Below, one piece after another: positions 6,461 to 16,708 of a stretch of 64,000 nucleotides of DNA. The translations under genes were made by a program, and so were the position numbers. Under the pieces are notes generated by a model. That model ran no database searches, had not been told where the DNA came from, and was given only the letters and a program-made list of their open reading frames with translations. Every line of letters starts with the position of its first letter. The first letter of the stretch is position 1. The stretch comes from a virus, in IMG/VR virus record IMGVR_UViG_3300047160_010630, positions 44,001 to 108,000 of that record. One strand, 5' to 3'.

Positions 6461-9327
6461 TGGCTGGTCTCACCGAGTTCACCGTCATGGCGATCATCGA
6501 CGCCCAGGACAAGGCCTCCCGCGTCCTGGACAAGGTCATCTCCACGGTGGAGGAACTCGGCTCCGTCATGGACAAGACGGCCGAGGACGTCAAGGCCGCC
6601 GCCGACTCCATCGACGACAGCCTGCTCAAGACCGCCAGCGGCGCCGACGCCCTGGCTCTGGCCAACGACCGGGTGACAGCTTCGGAGGCCAAGCTGACGC
6701 TGGCCACGCAGGAGCAGGCCGCCGCTGAAGACCTGCTCCGGGAAGCCCGCGCCACGGGTGCGAGCGATGCGGAGCTGATCGCCGGTGAGCAGCTCCTGGC
6801 CAACGCCGAGCGCGACACGGCCAAAGCGGCGGCCGAGCTTGAGGCGGCGCAGATCCGGGTCAACGAGATCACCAAGCTCCGGACCGAGTCCACCCGGGAG
6901 CTGGCGGTTGCGGAGGAGGAGTCCTCCACGGCCAGCAGCGGTATTGCTGGGGCGGCGCTGGCCGTGGCCGCAGGGTATGCCATCGCCGGTGCCGCCACGG
7001 TGAAGTCGGCGGCCGACTTCCAGACGGCTACGACGCACCTGGTCACAGATGCGGGCGAGTCCGGCGACAAGATCGCCTGGGTCTCCCAGCAGATGATCGA
7101 CATGGCCTCCCAGGTCGGCTTCACGGCGACGGAGCTGGCCAATGGTATGTACCACATCGAGTCTGCCGGTATCCACGGGGCGAAGGGCGTCGACGTCCTG
7201 CGGGTCGCTGCCGAAGGCGCGAAAGTCGGCGGCGCCGACCTGGACACGGTGACCAAGACGCTGGCCGGTACGATGGCCGCGTACGGCAAGGATTCCCTCG
7301 CCGACGCCATCAAGTTCACGAACGAACTTATCGCGACCACGTCCCAGGGTGACGTCCGCCTGCAAGACCTGACGACGACACTCGGCAACGTCGTCCCGAT
7401 TGCGGCTGCTGCCGGAATCACTTTCGACCAGGTCGGCGGCGCGATTGCCACCATGACCACGCAGAACATGACGGCCGCGCAGGCGTCGCAGAACCTGGCC
7501 CACTTCATTCAGTCCCTGGAACGCCCCAACGGTGTGCAGATCCAGCAGATGCAGGCGCTCGGACTGACGCAGGAGGATGTGTCAAAGTCCCTGGCCGGTC
7601 CCGGAGGACTTGTCGGCACGGTCGAAATGCTGACGGACGCCATTTCCAAGCACACCAAAAACGGACAGGTCTTCATCAACACCTTGCAGAACTCGGAGAC
7701 CGCTGCCCACGCCGCCAATATCATGCTCGCGAACATGGATCCGACGTTGCGGAATCTTTCCAACGAGCTGGTCAGTGGGGCTATTAATACCAAGGACTAC
7801 GAGAAGGCCACCAGGGAAATGGGCCCAACGGCGACCAAGCAGGGGTCGCAGTTCCTGAGCCTCAACGAGAAGATGGGCGCCTTCAACAAGCTCCTGGCGA
7901 ACGGCAGCGGGGAGTCGGAGAACTTTAATACGGCCATGTCCAACCTCACCGGCGGACAGATCGGTCTCCGGACGGCGCTCATGCTGTCCGCCCAGGGCGG
8001 CGACTACTTCTCTGAGTCGGTCAACGAGATCGCCAAGGCCGGGAACGAGGGCGGCGGGGCGGTCAAGAACTGGGACACGATCCAGAAGACGTTCAACCAG
8101 AAGCTGTCCGAGGCGAAGGCGTACCTGGATTCCCTGGCCATCACCATCGGCCAGAAGATCATCCCGTGGATCGAGAAGCTGGGCGAGAAGCTCGCACCGG
8201 TCGTGGAGTGGCTGGGCAAGAACAAGACCGTGGTCGAAGCCCTGGCCATCGGCCTGGGCGGTGTCCTGCTCACGGCCATCGGTGTGATCACCATTGCGCT
8301 GGCCGCCCTGGCGATCCCGATCATCGCCGTCGGCGCACTCGTCATACTGCTGAAGAAGGCCTGGGACGAGTTGGCGAAGTGGTTCGAGGACCACAAGTCG
8401 ACGTTCGTCGAAGCCTGGGACTACGTCGTGAAGAAGTTCGACGAGCTGACGAAGTGGCTTGACGAGCACGTGATCAAGTGGGCCAAGGAGCAGTTCGCGG
8501 ACTTCCTGACGTGGTGGCACGCGCACGCGTCCGAGATCTCCACCGTCTGGAAGATCGTGTGGGGCGAGATCCTGGTCGTTCTCGAAGTAGCATGGGGAAA
8601 TATCAAGGCCGTCCTCATGTTCCTGTCGGCTTTCTGGGTGGTCATCTGGGGCGGTATCAAAGACTTCCTGAAGCTGATCTGGGACGAGGTTTCCGGAATC
8701 ATCAAGTCTGCGCTCCATTTCATCGAAGGAATCATCGGCATCGGTCTCGACCTCATCACGGGGCACTGGAGCAAGGCGTGGAGCGACCTCGGCCAGACGG
8801 TCGTGAACTTTCTGACCGACGGCCAGGACATCATCGTCAACTTCTTCAAGGATGCCGACAAACTCCTGGTCGACGCCGGAAAGAACATCGTCAAGGGCCT
8901 CGTCAACGGGTTCAAGTCGGCCATGGGCAGCATCAACGACTCACTCGGCAGTATCGCCAGCACCATCAAGAGCTACTTTCCCTGGTCACCGGCTAAGAAG
9001 GGCCCCCTTTCAGGGAGCGGGGCCATCGAGATCGCCGGAAAGAACATCGGGACACTGCTGGCCTCCGGCATGCACGATTCGGTGACTACGGTGGCCAGGG
9101 CGTCCAGCAGGCTCGCCGGAGCGGCGGGGATCAACGTCGGCGCCGGGTTCGGCGCGGGCGGACTGGCGGCCGTCGGGCCGGGCGTCGGCGGCGGCGGGGG
9201 CATCGTGATCGACATGCGCGGGTCCCAGCTCATGTCCAACCAGGACATGGACATCTTCGTGGACCGCGTGGGTCGGCGTCTCGCGACCCGTATTCTGCCT
9301 GCGGGTGGGGTCAGAATCAGGTCGTAG
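6460..9327 (+). CDS. Tape measure protein
   Basis: About 955 aa, Ala/Gly-rich helical; TP901-like core (ATELANGMYHIESAG), Trp-periodic repeats, FPWSPAKKGPLSG. Confidence 0.95.
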   Translation: MAGLTEFTVMAIIDAQDKASRVLDKVISTVEELGSVMDKTAEDVKAAADSIDDSLLKTASGADALALANDRVTASEAKLTLATQEQAAAEDLLREARATGASDAELIAGEQLLANAERDTAKAAAELEAAQIRVNEITKLRTESTRELAVAEEESSTASSGIAGAALAVAAGYAIAGAATVKSAADFQTATTHLVTDAGESGDKIAWVSQQMIDMASQVGFTATELANGMYHIESAGIHGAKGVDVLRVAAEGAKVGGADLDTVTKTLAGTMAAYGKDSLADAIKFTNELIATTSQGDVRLQDLTTTLGNVVPIAAAAGITFDQVGGAIATMTTQNMTAAQASQNLAHFIQSLERPNGVQIQQMQALGLTQEDVSKSLAGPGGLVGTVEMLTDAISKHTKNGQVFINTLQNSETAAHAANIMLANMDPTLRNLSNELVSGAINTKDYEKATREMGPTATKQGSQFLSLNEKMGAFNKLLANGSGESENFNTAMSNLTGGQIGLRTALMLSAQGGDYFSESVNEIAKAGNEGGGAVKNWDTIQKTFNQKLSEAKAYLDSLAITIGQKIIPWIEKLGEKLAPVVEWLGKNKTVVEALAIGLGGVLLTAIGVITIALAALAIPIIAVGALVILLKKAWDELAKWFEDHKSTFVEAWDYVVKKFDELTKWLDEHVIKWAKEQFADFLTWWHAHASEISTVWKIVWGEILVVLEVAWGNIKAVLMFLSAFWVVIWGGIKDFLKLIWDEVSGIIKSALHFIEGIIGIGLDLITGHWSKAWSDLGQTVVNFLTDGQDIIVNFFKDADKLLVDAGKNIVKGLVNGFKSAMGSINDSLGSIASTIKSYFPWSPAKKGPLSGSGAIEIAGKNIGTLLASGMHDSVTTVARASSRLAGAAGINVGAGFGAGGLAAVGPGVGGGGGIVIDMRGSQLMSNQDMDIFVDRVGRRLATRILPAGGVRIRS

Positions 9328-9348
9328 AACCGGCAAGGAGACGCATTC

Positions 9349-10734
9349 GTGGCCATTATTACGCCGAGCCTCACGATCACCATCACACCTCCCGGCGGAT
9401 CCCCTATCGATTACTCGACCAGGCTGATGTGGGGTGGCGGCAGCGGCGGAATGACCATCACCCAGAACTTCGGCCGCCAGGGTGATACGGCGACGTTCTT
9501 CCTGATGGACCAGACCACCGGGGCACCGGACTTCGTCATCCCGGTGTTCAGCCAGGTGAAGATCGTGGACAACACGGCCGGTGGGGTGACGATCTTCGCC
9601 GGGGTCGTCAACAACCCGTCCCTGATCCTGGACGGCCCCACCAGGAACGAGTGGCAGTGCCAGTGCACGGACTACGCGTTCTACGCAGACAACTCGATCG
9701 TCCAGGGGACGTTCATCGGGCAGACGGTGGACCAGATCGTCGTGGCCCTGACCCAGCAGGCCAACTGCGGGATCACGGCCGCGACGATCGCCAACGGCGG
9801 GTTCGTGGCCCCTGGCCCGCAGCTGCCCAGCTACGTGTCCAACTACACCACGCTGTCCGGAGCGTGGCGGCGCCTGGCCCAGCTGGCCGGTCAGGTCACC
9901 CCGTACGGCTGGTACGTGGACGAGAACCGGAACCTGCACTTCTACGACGCCACGACCGCGCAGAACTCCGGCGTGACGTTCACGACGAGTCCGACGAATT
10001 CCGGTTCCCTGACCGAGGGCCACCTGGATTTCGACAACTTCTCCTACGAATGGGACGGGCAGTCGGTCCGCAACCGGATCCTGGTCCAGGGGGCGAACCA
10101 GGCCATCAAGTTCGGGACCATTACCAATCCTGCGACCGACACCTGGCAGTCCAACGGGACCCAGTCCTCGTGGCCCCTGCGGTTCACGGTGACCGGGTCC
10201 CCGGTGCTGGCTGTCAACGGGACCCAGGTCGCCGTGACGCCGGTCAGTGCGGGCCAGACCAGCACGGCGCCCTGGCAGATCGCCCAGAACAGCGTCGGCG
10301 CGTGGTTCCTGATTGCGGCCTCGGTACCTCCGGCCGGGCAGAAGATCCAGCTCTGGTACGACTACCTGGTGCCGGTCGTCGCGCAGGCGAACGATTTCGG
10401 GTCGCAGAGCCTGTACACCGGTCCGAACGGCGGTGTGTTCGCCGAGTACATCTCCGACACGTCCTTGACGACGGTTCCCATGGCGCTGGCGCGGGCCATG
10501 CGGGAGAGGACCGAGTACGCGTTCGCCGTGGAGCGGATGAACTTCTCGACGACCGAGGATTGGCTGGGATGGATCCGGGCTGGTCAGACGTGTACGATCA
10601 TCAACAGGTTCGTGCCCGATGCGAGGACCAGTTACAGCCCCGGCATCAATGGCACGTTCATCATCATCGGGAATTCGGTCCAGTTCGGAGCGGGCGGTTT
10701 CCGTAAGATGCAGTTGACGGCGGTCAGGATCTAG
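9349..10734 (+). CDS. Minor tail / baseplate hub-like protein
   Basis: Follows the tape measure gene; WYVDENRNLHF, VRNRILVQG. Confidence 0.75.
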   Translation: MAIITPSLTITITPPGGSPIDYSTRLMWGGGSGGMTITQNFGRQGDTATFFLMDQTTGAPDFVIPVFSQVKIVDNTAGGVTIFAGVVNNPSLILDGPTRNEWQCQCTDYAFYADNSIVQGTFIGQTVDQIVVALTQQANCGITAATIANGGFVAPGPQLPSYVSNYTTLSGAWRRLAQLAGQVTPYGWYVDENRNLHFYDATTAQNSGVTFTTSPTNSGSLTEGHLDFDNFSYEWDGQSVRNRILVQGANQAIKFGTITNPATDTWQSNGTQSSWPLRFTVTGSPVLAVNGTQVAVTPVSAGQTSTAPWQIAQNSVGAWFLIAASVPPAGQKIQLWYDYLVPVVAQANDFGSQSLYTGPNGGVFAEYISDTSLTTVPMALARAMRERTEYAFAVERMNFSTTEDWLGWIRAGQTCTIINRFVPDARTSYSPGINGTFIIIGNSVQFGAGGFRKMQLTAVRI

Positions 10735-10744
10735 GGGCGGTGCG

Positions 10745-10954
10745 ATGCCGGGAGTGTTTCGACCGTACACGATTGTCGATGTCCTAGGTACGATCAACGA
10801 GCAATCCGTTGCCGCTCAGGGCGCCATCGTCACCGGACAGGGATTCTTCGCGCAGACCAACGAGAACTTCACGTCCCACGACACGATGACGACCGTGGTG
10901 CGCACCAATCCGACGTACGACAACGGAACCTGGGGCACGCTCACATGGAACTGA
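10745..10954 (+). CDS. Small tail protein
   Basis: Operon position and codon usage. Confidence 0.6.
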   Translation: MPGVFRPYTIVDVLGTINEQSVAAQGAIVTGQGFFAQTNENFTSHDTMTTVVRTNPTYDNGTWGTLTWN

Positions 10955-11487
10955 CAGGCGGTGCGCAGTTCGGGATCCACGGCCACCTCTCCCTCACCGT
11001 GCTGGACGAGGACGAGAACGTGGTGGATTTCCGTGAGGGCGACAACATCATGTGCACCAACGGACTCACGGCCATTGTGAACGCCCTGGTGTGGTCGGGC
11101 GTCCAGGACCAGGCGAACGCGCTCGGGCTGACCTCCCCGACCTACCTGACGCCGCTGTGGGGGGCGGTCGGCTCCGGCGCGGGCACGGTCGCGGCGTCGG
11201 ACACGCTGCTCTTCGCCGAGCTGGGCCGCGAGACGGTGGGCGCCGGTGCGACGTCCCCGGCCACGCCCAGCATTAATGCGCAGGCGACGTGGCTGTTCTA
11301 CTTCCCGTCGCCGCCTGTGACGTGGACGGTGACGGAGGCCGGTGTGTTCGCCAACGGATCGTCCAACCCAGCCACGGTGGTCACCGCCGGAACCCTGCTG
11401 GACCACTGGGCTTTCGCTCCGTCGGTCACCGTGTCGACGTCCAACACGCTGATCCTCCAGGCGACCTTCACGATTGCGGGGGTGTGA
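10945..11487 (+). CDS. Minor tail protein
   Basis: NIMCTNG...AVGSGAGTVAASDTLLFAELGR...TVTEAGVF fibre-attachment-type motif. Confidence 0.75.
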   Translation: MELTGGAQFGIHGHLSLTVLDEDENVVDFREGDNIMCTNGLTAIVNALVWSGVQDQANALGLTSPTYLTPLWGAVGSGAGTVAASDTLLFAELGRETVGAGATSPATPSINAQATWLFYFPSPPVTWTVTEAGVFANGSSNPATVVTAGTLLDHWAFAPSVTVSTSNTLILQATFTIAGV

Positions 11488-11488
11488 C

Positions 11489-12238
11489 GTGCCGACGACA
11501 CCCAACTGGCAGGCGGCCACCAGCGGTTCTCCCGCGCAGGCCGCGCACGTCAACCAGTTCCTCGGCACCCATGCGACCACGCTCCTCTACGCCGGTGTGC
11601 AGCGGTCCGCGCAGACCACGGCCGGAACGGGTAGTACGTCCACGAACGGTACCTGGCTCGCGCAATCCTTCACGACCGCCGTCGGCCAGACTGCTATCGG
11701 GTACGTGCTCATCCAACTGGACCCGAACACCGGCCTGGGGTCCAACCTGGCGCCCACCACGGTATCCCTCTACGCCAACTCGGCGGGTGCCCCGACCGGT
11801 GCGGCCCTCGTGTCGGCAACGGTGACCGCAGAGTACGGGTTCTTCGGGCCGATCAACCTGTTCGTGCCGATGCCCATCACCGGCCTGACGGCCAGCACGA
11901 CGTACTGGATTGTCGCCACCGCTGCGGGCAACGCGTCGTTCAGCTACTCCTGGAACCGGTCCAACCAGACGAGCGGCGCGTCCACGTCCGCCAACGGCAC
12001 GACGTGGGTGGCACAGACGTACGGCTTCCTGTACCAGGTGTTCGACCAGACGGCCAGCGGACTGCTCCAGGGCACCTGGGAGGACGCGGGGGCCCGGTGG
12101 ACGTGGCGTAGCTACGCCACCCCGAGCAACAGGATCACCGCGACCACCGAGTACACCGCCGGTCAGACCACCGCCGGGTATCTCCAGTCGAACCGCAGCT
12201 ATACGTACACCAACAACCTTTTGACAGGAATCAGCTGA
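11489..12238 (+). CDS. Minor tail protein
   Basis: GTG start; Thr/Gly-rich; LAQSFTT, LTASTTYWIV; N-terminus paralogous to 12736. Confidence 0.7.
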   Translation: MPTTPNWQAATSGSPAQAAHVNQFLGTHATTLLYAGVQRSAQTTAGTGSTSTNGTWLAQSFTTAVGQTAIGYVLIQLDPNTGLGSNLAPTTVSLYANSAGAPTGAALVSATVTAEYGFFGPINLFVPMPITGLTASTTYWIVATAAGNASFSYSWNRSNQTSGASTSANGTTWVAQTYGFLYQVFDQTASGLLQGTWEDAGARWTWRSYATPSNRITATTEYTAGQTTAGYLQSNRSYTYTNNLLTGIS

Positions 12239-12723
12239 TGGCCGATACAGCTGCTGTTCTCGCCCTGGTGCAGTCGCAGTTCGCGGTCAACAAGCCGTCG
12301 TTCTTCGGGTACCAGAACACCGTCCAGTCACTGGCCAACACTGCCTGGACACCCCTCAGCATCGACGCCAGCGTGGACGACAACTACGCCGGGCATTCCA
12401 ACTCGACCAACAACTCACGGTACACGGCCCAGGTGGCGGCTACCTACAGGGTGAGCGGATGCTACGCCCCGGCGGCGAACGCCACAGGGTTCCGTGCGGT
12501 GCGGCTCATCAAGAACGGCAGTACGATCCTTTTGGGCAGCGGCCTGTACTCGCCGCCCATCAGCGGGGCGGAGATCGGCGTCCCCACGCCTTCCGCCTTG
12601 GTAGCTCTGGCCGTGGGGGACTACGTCGAAGTGCAGGGATGGCAGAGCTCCGGAGGAAACCTGAACACCATCCTCGACGTTGATCTGCGATGCAGCTTCA
12701 CCGTCACGTTTGAGCACTTCTAA
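12238..12723 (+). CDS. Tail protein with a C1q-like beta-sandwich
   Basis: HSNSTNNSRYTAQVAATYRV...LAVGDYVEVQGWQSSG. Confidence 0.7.
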   Translation: MADTAAVLALVQSQFAVNKPSFFGYQNTVQSLANTAWTPLSIDASVDDNYAGHSNSTNNSRYTAQVAATYRVSGCYAPAANATGFRAVRLIKNGSTILLGSGLYSPPISGAEIGVPTPSALVALAVGDYVEVQGWQSSGGNLNTILDVDLRCSFTVTFEHF

Positions 12724-12735
12724 TCCGAGGTCACG

Positions 12736-15108
12736 ATGCCTACCACCCCATCCTGGGAACCGGCCCGGAACGGCATTCCCGGCGACCCCAACGCCGTCAA
12801 CCACGCCAGCCAGATCGACCAGATGCTCGGCGTCCACGGCATCACGCCGGTCTACACCGGGAGCAGGGTGGTCACCCCTGCCGGGAACTACTCCAACCTC
12901 CTGAACTTCACCACGGCGACGGACGTGTCCCAGCCGTTCACGATGTCGGGGACATCCATCGGCCGGGTCGTCCTCCCGGTCGTTCCCGTGGGCCAGGGGG
13001 CCGACCTCACCGTGTCCCTCTACCCCGACAGCTCGGGGAACCCCAACCTGAGCAATCTGCTGGCGTCGACCCACATTCCTGCCGCTTGGATCGGGCAGAC
13101 CACCGCAAATGGAAGTTCCCCCGTAGCGGGTCCATTGGGCGCGCCACACACGAACACATGGTACTTCACCGGCACACGAACAACTCAGCCCTACGTTCCT
13201 CCTGCGAACTCCTCCTTCGGCGCCACCGGATCCCCGTCCGTGGCGACGTCCGGCAACTTCTTCATCTTCGCGGGCGGTTTCAGCCTCACCGGCAGCAATC
13301 TGTCGTCCGTGGTCGCCACGGCGAGGTGGCAGGGAGCGGGTAGTGTCACGCTGCCCATCGCGCAGCCGTCCCTCCCCGTGGCCACATGGCTGGCCGGTGT
13401 CGGGACGACGACCAACGCCGTCATCGTGGCCGGTGGGGTGACCGGGTCGACGACGACGACGGCAAACGTGTGGGTCGCCAGCTGGGACCCCAACGTCGGA
13501 ACCATCGGGACGTGGAGCGCCCAGACAGCGCTACCCACCGCCATCAACTACCCGGCCGTGGCCACCAGCGGCGCCAATGTCTACGTCATCGGCGGCGATA
13601 CGACCACGCCGGGGAATGCCAACGTCAGCACCGTCTACTCGACCGTCATCACCAACGGCCAGACGTCGGCCTGGGCCCAGCAACCGTCTCTGCCGCAGCA
13701 GTTGAAGAGCTGCCTGGTCGGGGTCCTCAACGGCTGGCTCATCGTGGCCGGTGGCATCAACAACGCCGGGAACACTGTCACCTCCACGTACTACTCGAAG
13801 ATCAACGCCGACGGTTCCCTCAGTCAGTGGCTCACCGGCCCGGTGATGGTGCAGGACGGCGGCGCCACCCTCCCCGGCGCGCAGACGGCGCTTACGAACA
13901 ACGCCTTCATGGTCGTCAGTGCCAACAGCACCGTCTCCGGTGGGACCAGCGTCCAGCTTCTGGGGGTCACCTCCAACGGGGTGGCCGATCACTGGAATTC
14001 TTACACGTACTTCTCGGGCGGCGGCACCGTAACGGAGTTCACCGCCGCGTTCCCGCTGGGTGACGGAACCTGGAATCTCATCAACATCAACACAGACGGC
14101 GGCAACCAGTTCATCGACAGCTCGGTGATACTGCCGTCAACCCTGGTCTCCGTACCGTTGAGTGCCACGGGCCTCACGTCGGGCGGCACGTACCACGTGG
14201 TCCTCCAGCAGGCGAACAGCCGGACCGCCTCGGACTACCTGCTGTACACCACCCTGGACACGTTCGCCATGGGTGTCGGGAACTACGGGCTCAAGTCGCC
14301 CAGGCATGCCAATACGTGGACCGTCATCCTGGGTACCACTCCCTCGGCCGCACGTGTCTCCGTCCCCCTGGCCGTGTTCAACAATGCCCCGAGCAGCGGT
14401 AGCGGTAGCAATATCGTCCACACCTGGGAAGACCCTTCCGCTACCGGTAGCGCTGCTACCAACAAGACCGCTGCTCGGGCCTCCACCATCTTCTACAACA
14501 GCCAGTACTCCCTGCCGTACGGGGCCATGGAGGCGACCGCCGGTCCCAACGACGCCCAGAACGTCAATCCGACATTCGCCACGGGCGTCGGCGACTGGAC
14601 GGCGCACAACGGCACGTTCACCCAGTCCAGTGCCCAGGTGCAGGGCGGCTTCGCGTTCTCCGGCCTGCTGACCCCGACCGGCGGCAACCCCACCGCCAGC
14701 GCGACCAGCGGCCTCATCACCATCACGCCGGTGGCGCCGCTGTTCTCCAACGCCCAGTGGTTCATGGTGAACGGCTGGGTGTACTCGCCGACCGGCTGGG
14801 CCACGACGTCCCTCAGCGTGGACTGGTACACGGCGGCCTCGGTGTTCATCTCCACGAGCAGCAACGTCCAGTCGGTCGCCGCTGCGACGTGGACGAACTT
14901 GGTCAACTTCTTCCAGGCTCCGGCCACCGCGCGGTTCGCTTCCATCAATGTCGTGGAGTCCGGGACTCCCGGGGCGACGAACCTCCTGTACACGTCGAAT
15001 GTGACCTTCTCGCTGGCGCCGGAACTCACGCCGGTCTTCGCCGACGTGGCGCAGGTCACCTACGGCAGCGCCCCGTATCCGCCTACGGGGGTCGTTCAGC
15101 TCACCTGA
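12736..15108 (+). CDS. Receptor-binding / tail fibre protein with a Kelch-like propeller and a C-terminal carbohydrate-binding-like domain
   Basis: Repeated IVAGG/YVIGG...W..Q..LP units; NPTFATGVGDWT CBM-like region. Confidence 0.75.
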   Translation: MPTTPSWEPARNGIPGDPNAVNHASQIDQMLGVHGITPVYTGSRVVTPAGNYSNLLNFTTATDVSQPFTMSGTSIGRVVLPVVPVGQGADLTVSLYPDSSGNPNLSNLLASTHIPAAWIGQTTANGSSPVAGPLGAPHTNTWYFTGTRTTQPYVPPANSSFGATGSPSVATSGNFFIFAGGFSLTGSNLSSVVATARWQGAGSVTLPIAQPSLPVATWLAGVGTTTNAVIVAGGVTGSTTTTANVWVASWDPNVGTIGTWSAQTALPTAINYPAVATSGANVYVIGGDTTTPGNANVSTVYSTVITNGQTSAWAQQPSLPQQLKSCLVGVLNGWLIVAGGINNAGNTVTSTYYSKINADGSLSQWLTGPVMVQDGGATLPGAQTALTNNAFMVVSANSTVSGGTSVQLLGVTSNGVADHWNSYTYFSGGGTVTEFTAAFPLGDGTWNLININTDGGNQFIDSSVILPSTLVSVPLSATGLTSGGTYHVVLQQANSRTASDYLLYTTLDTFAMGVGNYGLKSPRHANTWTVILGTTPSAARVSVPLAVFNNAPSSGSGSNIVHTWEDPSATGSAATNKTAARASTIFYNSQYSLPYGAMEATAGPNDAQNVNPTFATGVGDWTAHNGTFTQSSAQVQGGFAFSGLLTPTGGNPTASATSGLITITPVAPLFSNAQWFMVNGWVYSPTGWATTSLSVDWYTAASVFISTSSNVQSVAAATWTNLVNFFQAPATARFASINVVESGTPGATNLLYTSNVTFSLAPELTPVFADVAQVTYGSAPYPPTGVVQLT

Positions 15109-15126
15109 CCAGGGAAAGGCGTGCAC

Positions 15127-15444
15127 ATGTCCGAGAACGGCGACAACGGGCACGGGAGCAGCGGGAGCGTCAGCTACAGCATCAAGGAGCTGCTCGACGG
15201 CATCAAGACCTCGATCGACCGCCTGTACGGGAAGCTGGACACCAAGGCGGACCGGTCCGAGGTGCTGGAGCTGTCGCGGCAGATCAGCCAGGAGAGCAAG
15301 CGCGTGGATGCCCTGGAGACCACGTACCGGGTCGAGACGAAGTCCGAGTCCGACCACAAGGAGTGGACGAAGTGGCTGATCCCGGCGCTGATTGCTGTGG
15401 CGATGCTCGGGGTGAGCATTATCCAACTGTTCGGAAAGAGGTAG
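15127..15444 (+). CDS. Coiled-coil protein with a C-terminal TM helix (holin/lysis accessory)
   Basis: KLDTKADRSEV coiled coil; WLIPALIAVAMLGVSII. Confidence 0.6.
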   Translation: MSENGDNGHGSSGSVSYSIKELLDGIKTSIDRLYGKLDTKADRSEVLELSRQISQESKRVDALETTYRVETKSESDHKEWTKWLIPALIAVAMLGVSIIQLFGKR

Positions 15445-15446
15445 GC

Positions 15447-15890
15447 ATGCCCGACGACAAGGTGGTGGCGGCGCACGTCCAGCCGCATTCGAGCCACTAC
15501 AACGTCCATTTCCCGGAGCACGGTTCCCGTGAAGGGGATCCGCACTACAAGGATTTCCATCACTACCACGAGACCGCCAAGCGCGATCCGGAACTCTACC
15601 AGTGCGCGGTCGGCAAGCGGCGCGGGGACTTCTCGGACTGCACGCTGGACCTTCCGCTGGAGCTGCACCACACGCACATCGAATGGGCGCTCCAAAACGG
15701 CGTGGACCTGGCCTTGATGGAGCACCAGTACCCCGGCGTGTCGAACGCGGAGGAGCTGGGGGCCTGGGTGGAAAGCGGATCTAATTTGTCTTTTTATTGC
15801 CAATTCCATCACCGAGGTCACGGTGGCGCCCACGTGGCCAGCGCGAGTGACTTCGAGGGCCAGCATTTCGTCAAGAAGATGATTTCGTAG
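15447..15890 (+). CDS. His/Cys-rich protein with a degenerate HNH-like fold, in the lysis cassette
   Basis: C..G...C...LELHH...NLSFYCQFHHRG..GAH. Confidence 0.55.
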   Translation: MPDDKVVAAHVQPHSSHYNVHFPEHGSREGDPHYKDFHHYHETAKRDPELYQCAVGKRRGDFSDCTLDLPLELHHTHIEWALQNGVDLALMEHQYPGVSNAEELGAWVESGSNLSFYCQFHHRGHGGAHVASASDFEGQHFVKKMIS

Positions 15891-15922
15891 CGTTCTAAGC
15901 ACACGAACTAAGGAGACTATCT

Positions 15923-16708
15923 GTGCACCTCGTTACTCGCACTGAGTGGGGAGCCCCCGCCGAGACCCCCGCCGCCGACATGGCGACCGCGCAGGGCGTG
16001 AAGATCCACTGGATCGGCGGTCCGTACACCACCCCGGCACAGCACGGCCCGGAATGCGACGCTGAAGTCCGCGCCATCCGGCAGGAGCACCTGTCCAATC
16101 CCGACCAGCACTGGGTGGACATCGCCTACAACTTCGTCGTGTGCCAGCACGGGGTGGTCTACGAGGCTCGTGGTCTGCGCAAGGAGAGCGGCGCCAACGG
16201 TGATCAGCCGCTCAACAAGAAGGACTACGCGATCTGCGGGGTCCAGGGGACCAACGAGCAGCTCTCCGACGGCCTCAAGGGCGGCCTGCGGGACGCGATC
16301 GAGTACATGCAGGCCAACGGCGCCGGTCCGGAGATCCTCGCGCACCGTGACGGTTACAGCACCGACTGTCCGGGTGACGAGCTGTACGCCTGGGTCCACG
16401 CGGGTGCTCCGCGTCCCGGCGGTGTGCCGTCGCCTGCCCCGTCGCCCGCTCCGTCACACGAGCCCGCCCCCTCCTGGCCGGGCCGCTATCTGCGCAACGA
16501 CCCCGGCCAGGCGATGATGCACGGCGATGACGTGCGTGACTGGCAGCAGCGGATGCACGACCGGGGCTGGGCTATCGCGGTCGACGGCTGGTACGGCCCG
16601 TCCAGCGCCCACGTCTGCGGCCAGTTCCAGGCCGAGAAGGGCCTGACAGTCGACCAGGTCGTGGGACCGGTCACCTGGGCCGCTGCCTGGACGACGCCGG
16701 TCAGCTGA
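15923..16708 (+). CDS. Endolysin: N-acetylmuramoyl-L-alanine amidase with a peptidoglycan-binding domain
   Basis: VTRTEWGA, IHW, WVDIAYNF, AHRDGYSTDCPG; VDGWYGP...LTVDQVVGPVTW. Confidence 0.92.
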   Translation: MHLVTRTEWGAPAETPAADMATAQGVKIHWIGGPYTTPAQHGPECDAEVRAIRQEHLSNPDQHWVDIAYNFVVCQHGVVYEARGLRKESGANGDQPLNKKDYAICGVQGTNEQLSDGLKGGLRDAIEYMQANGAGPEILAHRDGYSTDCPGDELYAWVHAGAPRPGGVPSPAPSPAPSHEPAPSWPGRYLRNDPGQAMMHGDDVRDWQQRMHDRGWAIAVDGWYGPSSAHVCGQFQAEKGLTVDQVVGPVTWAAAWTTPVS

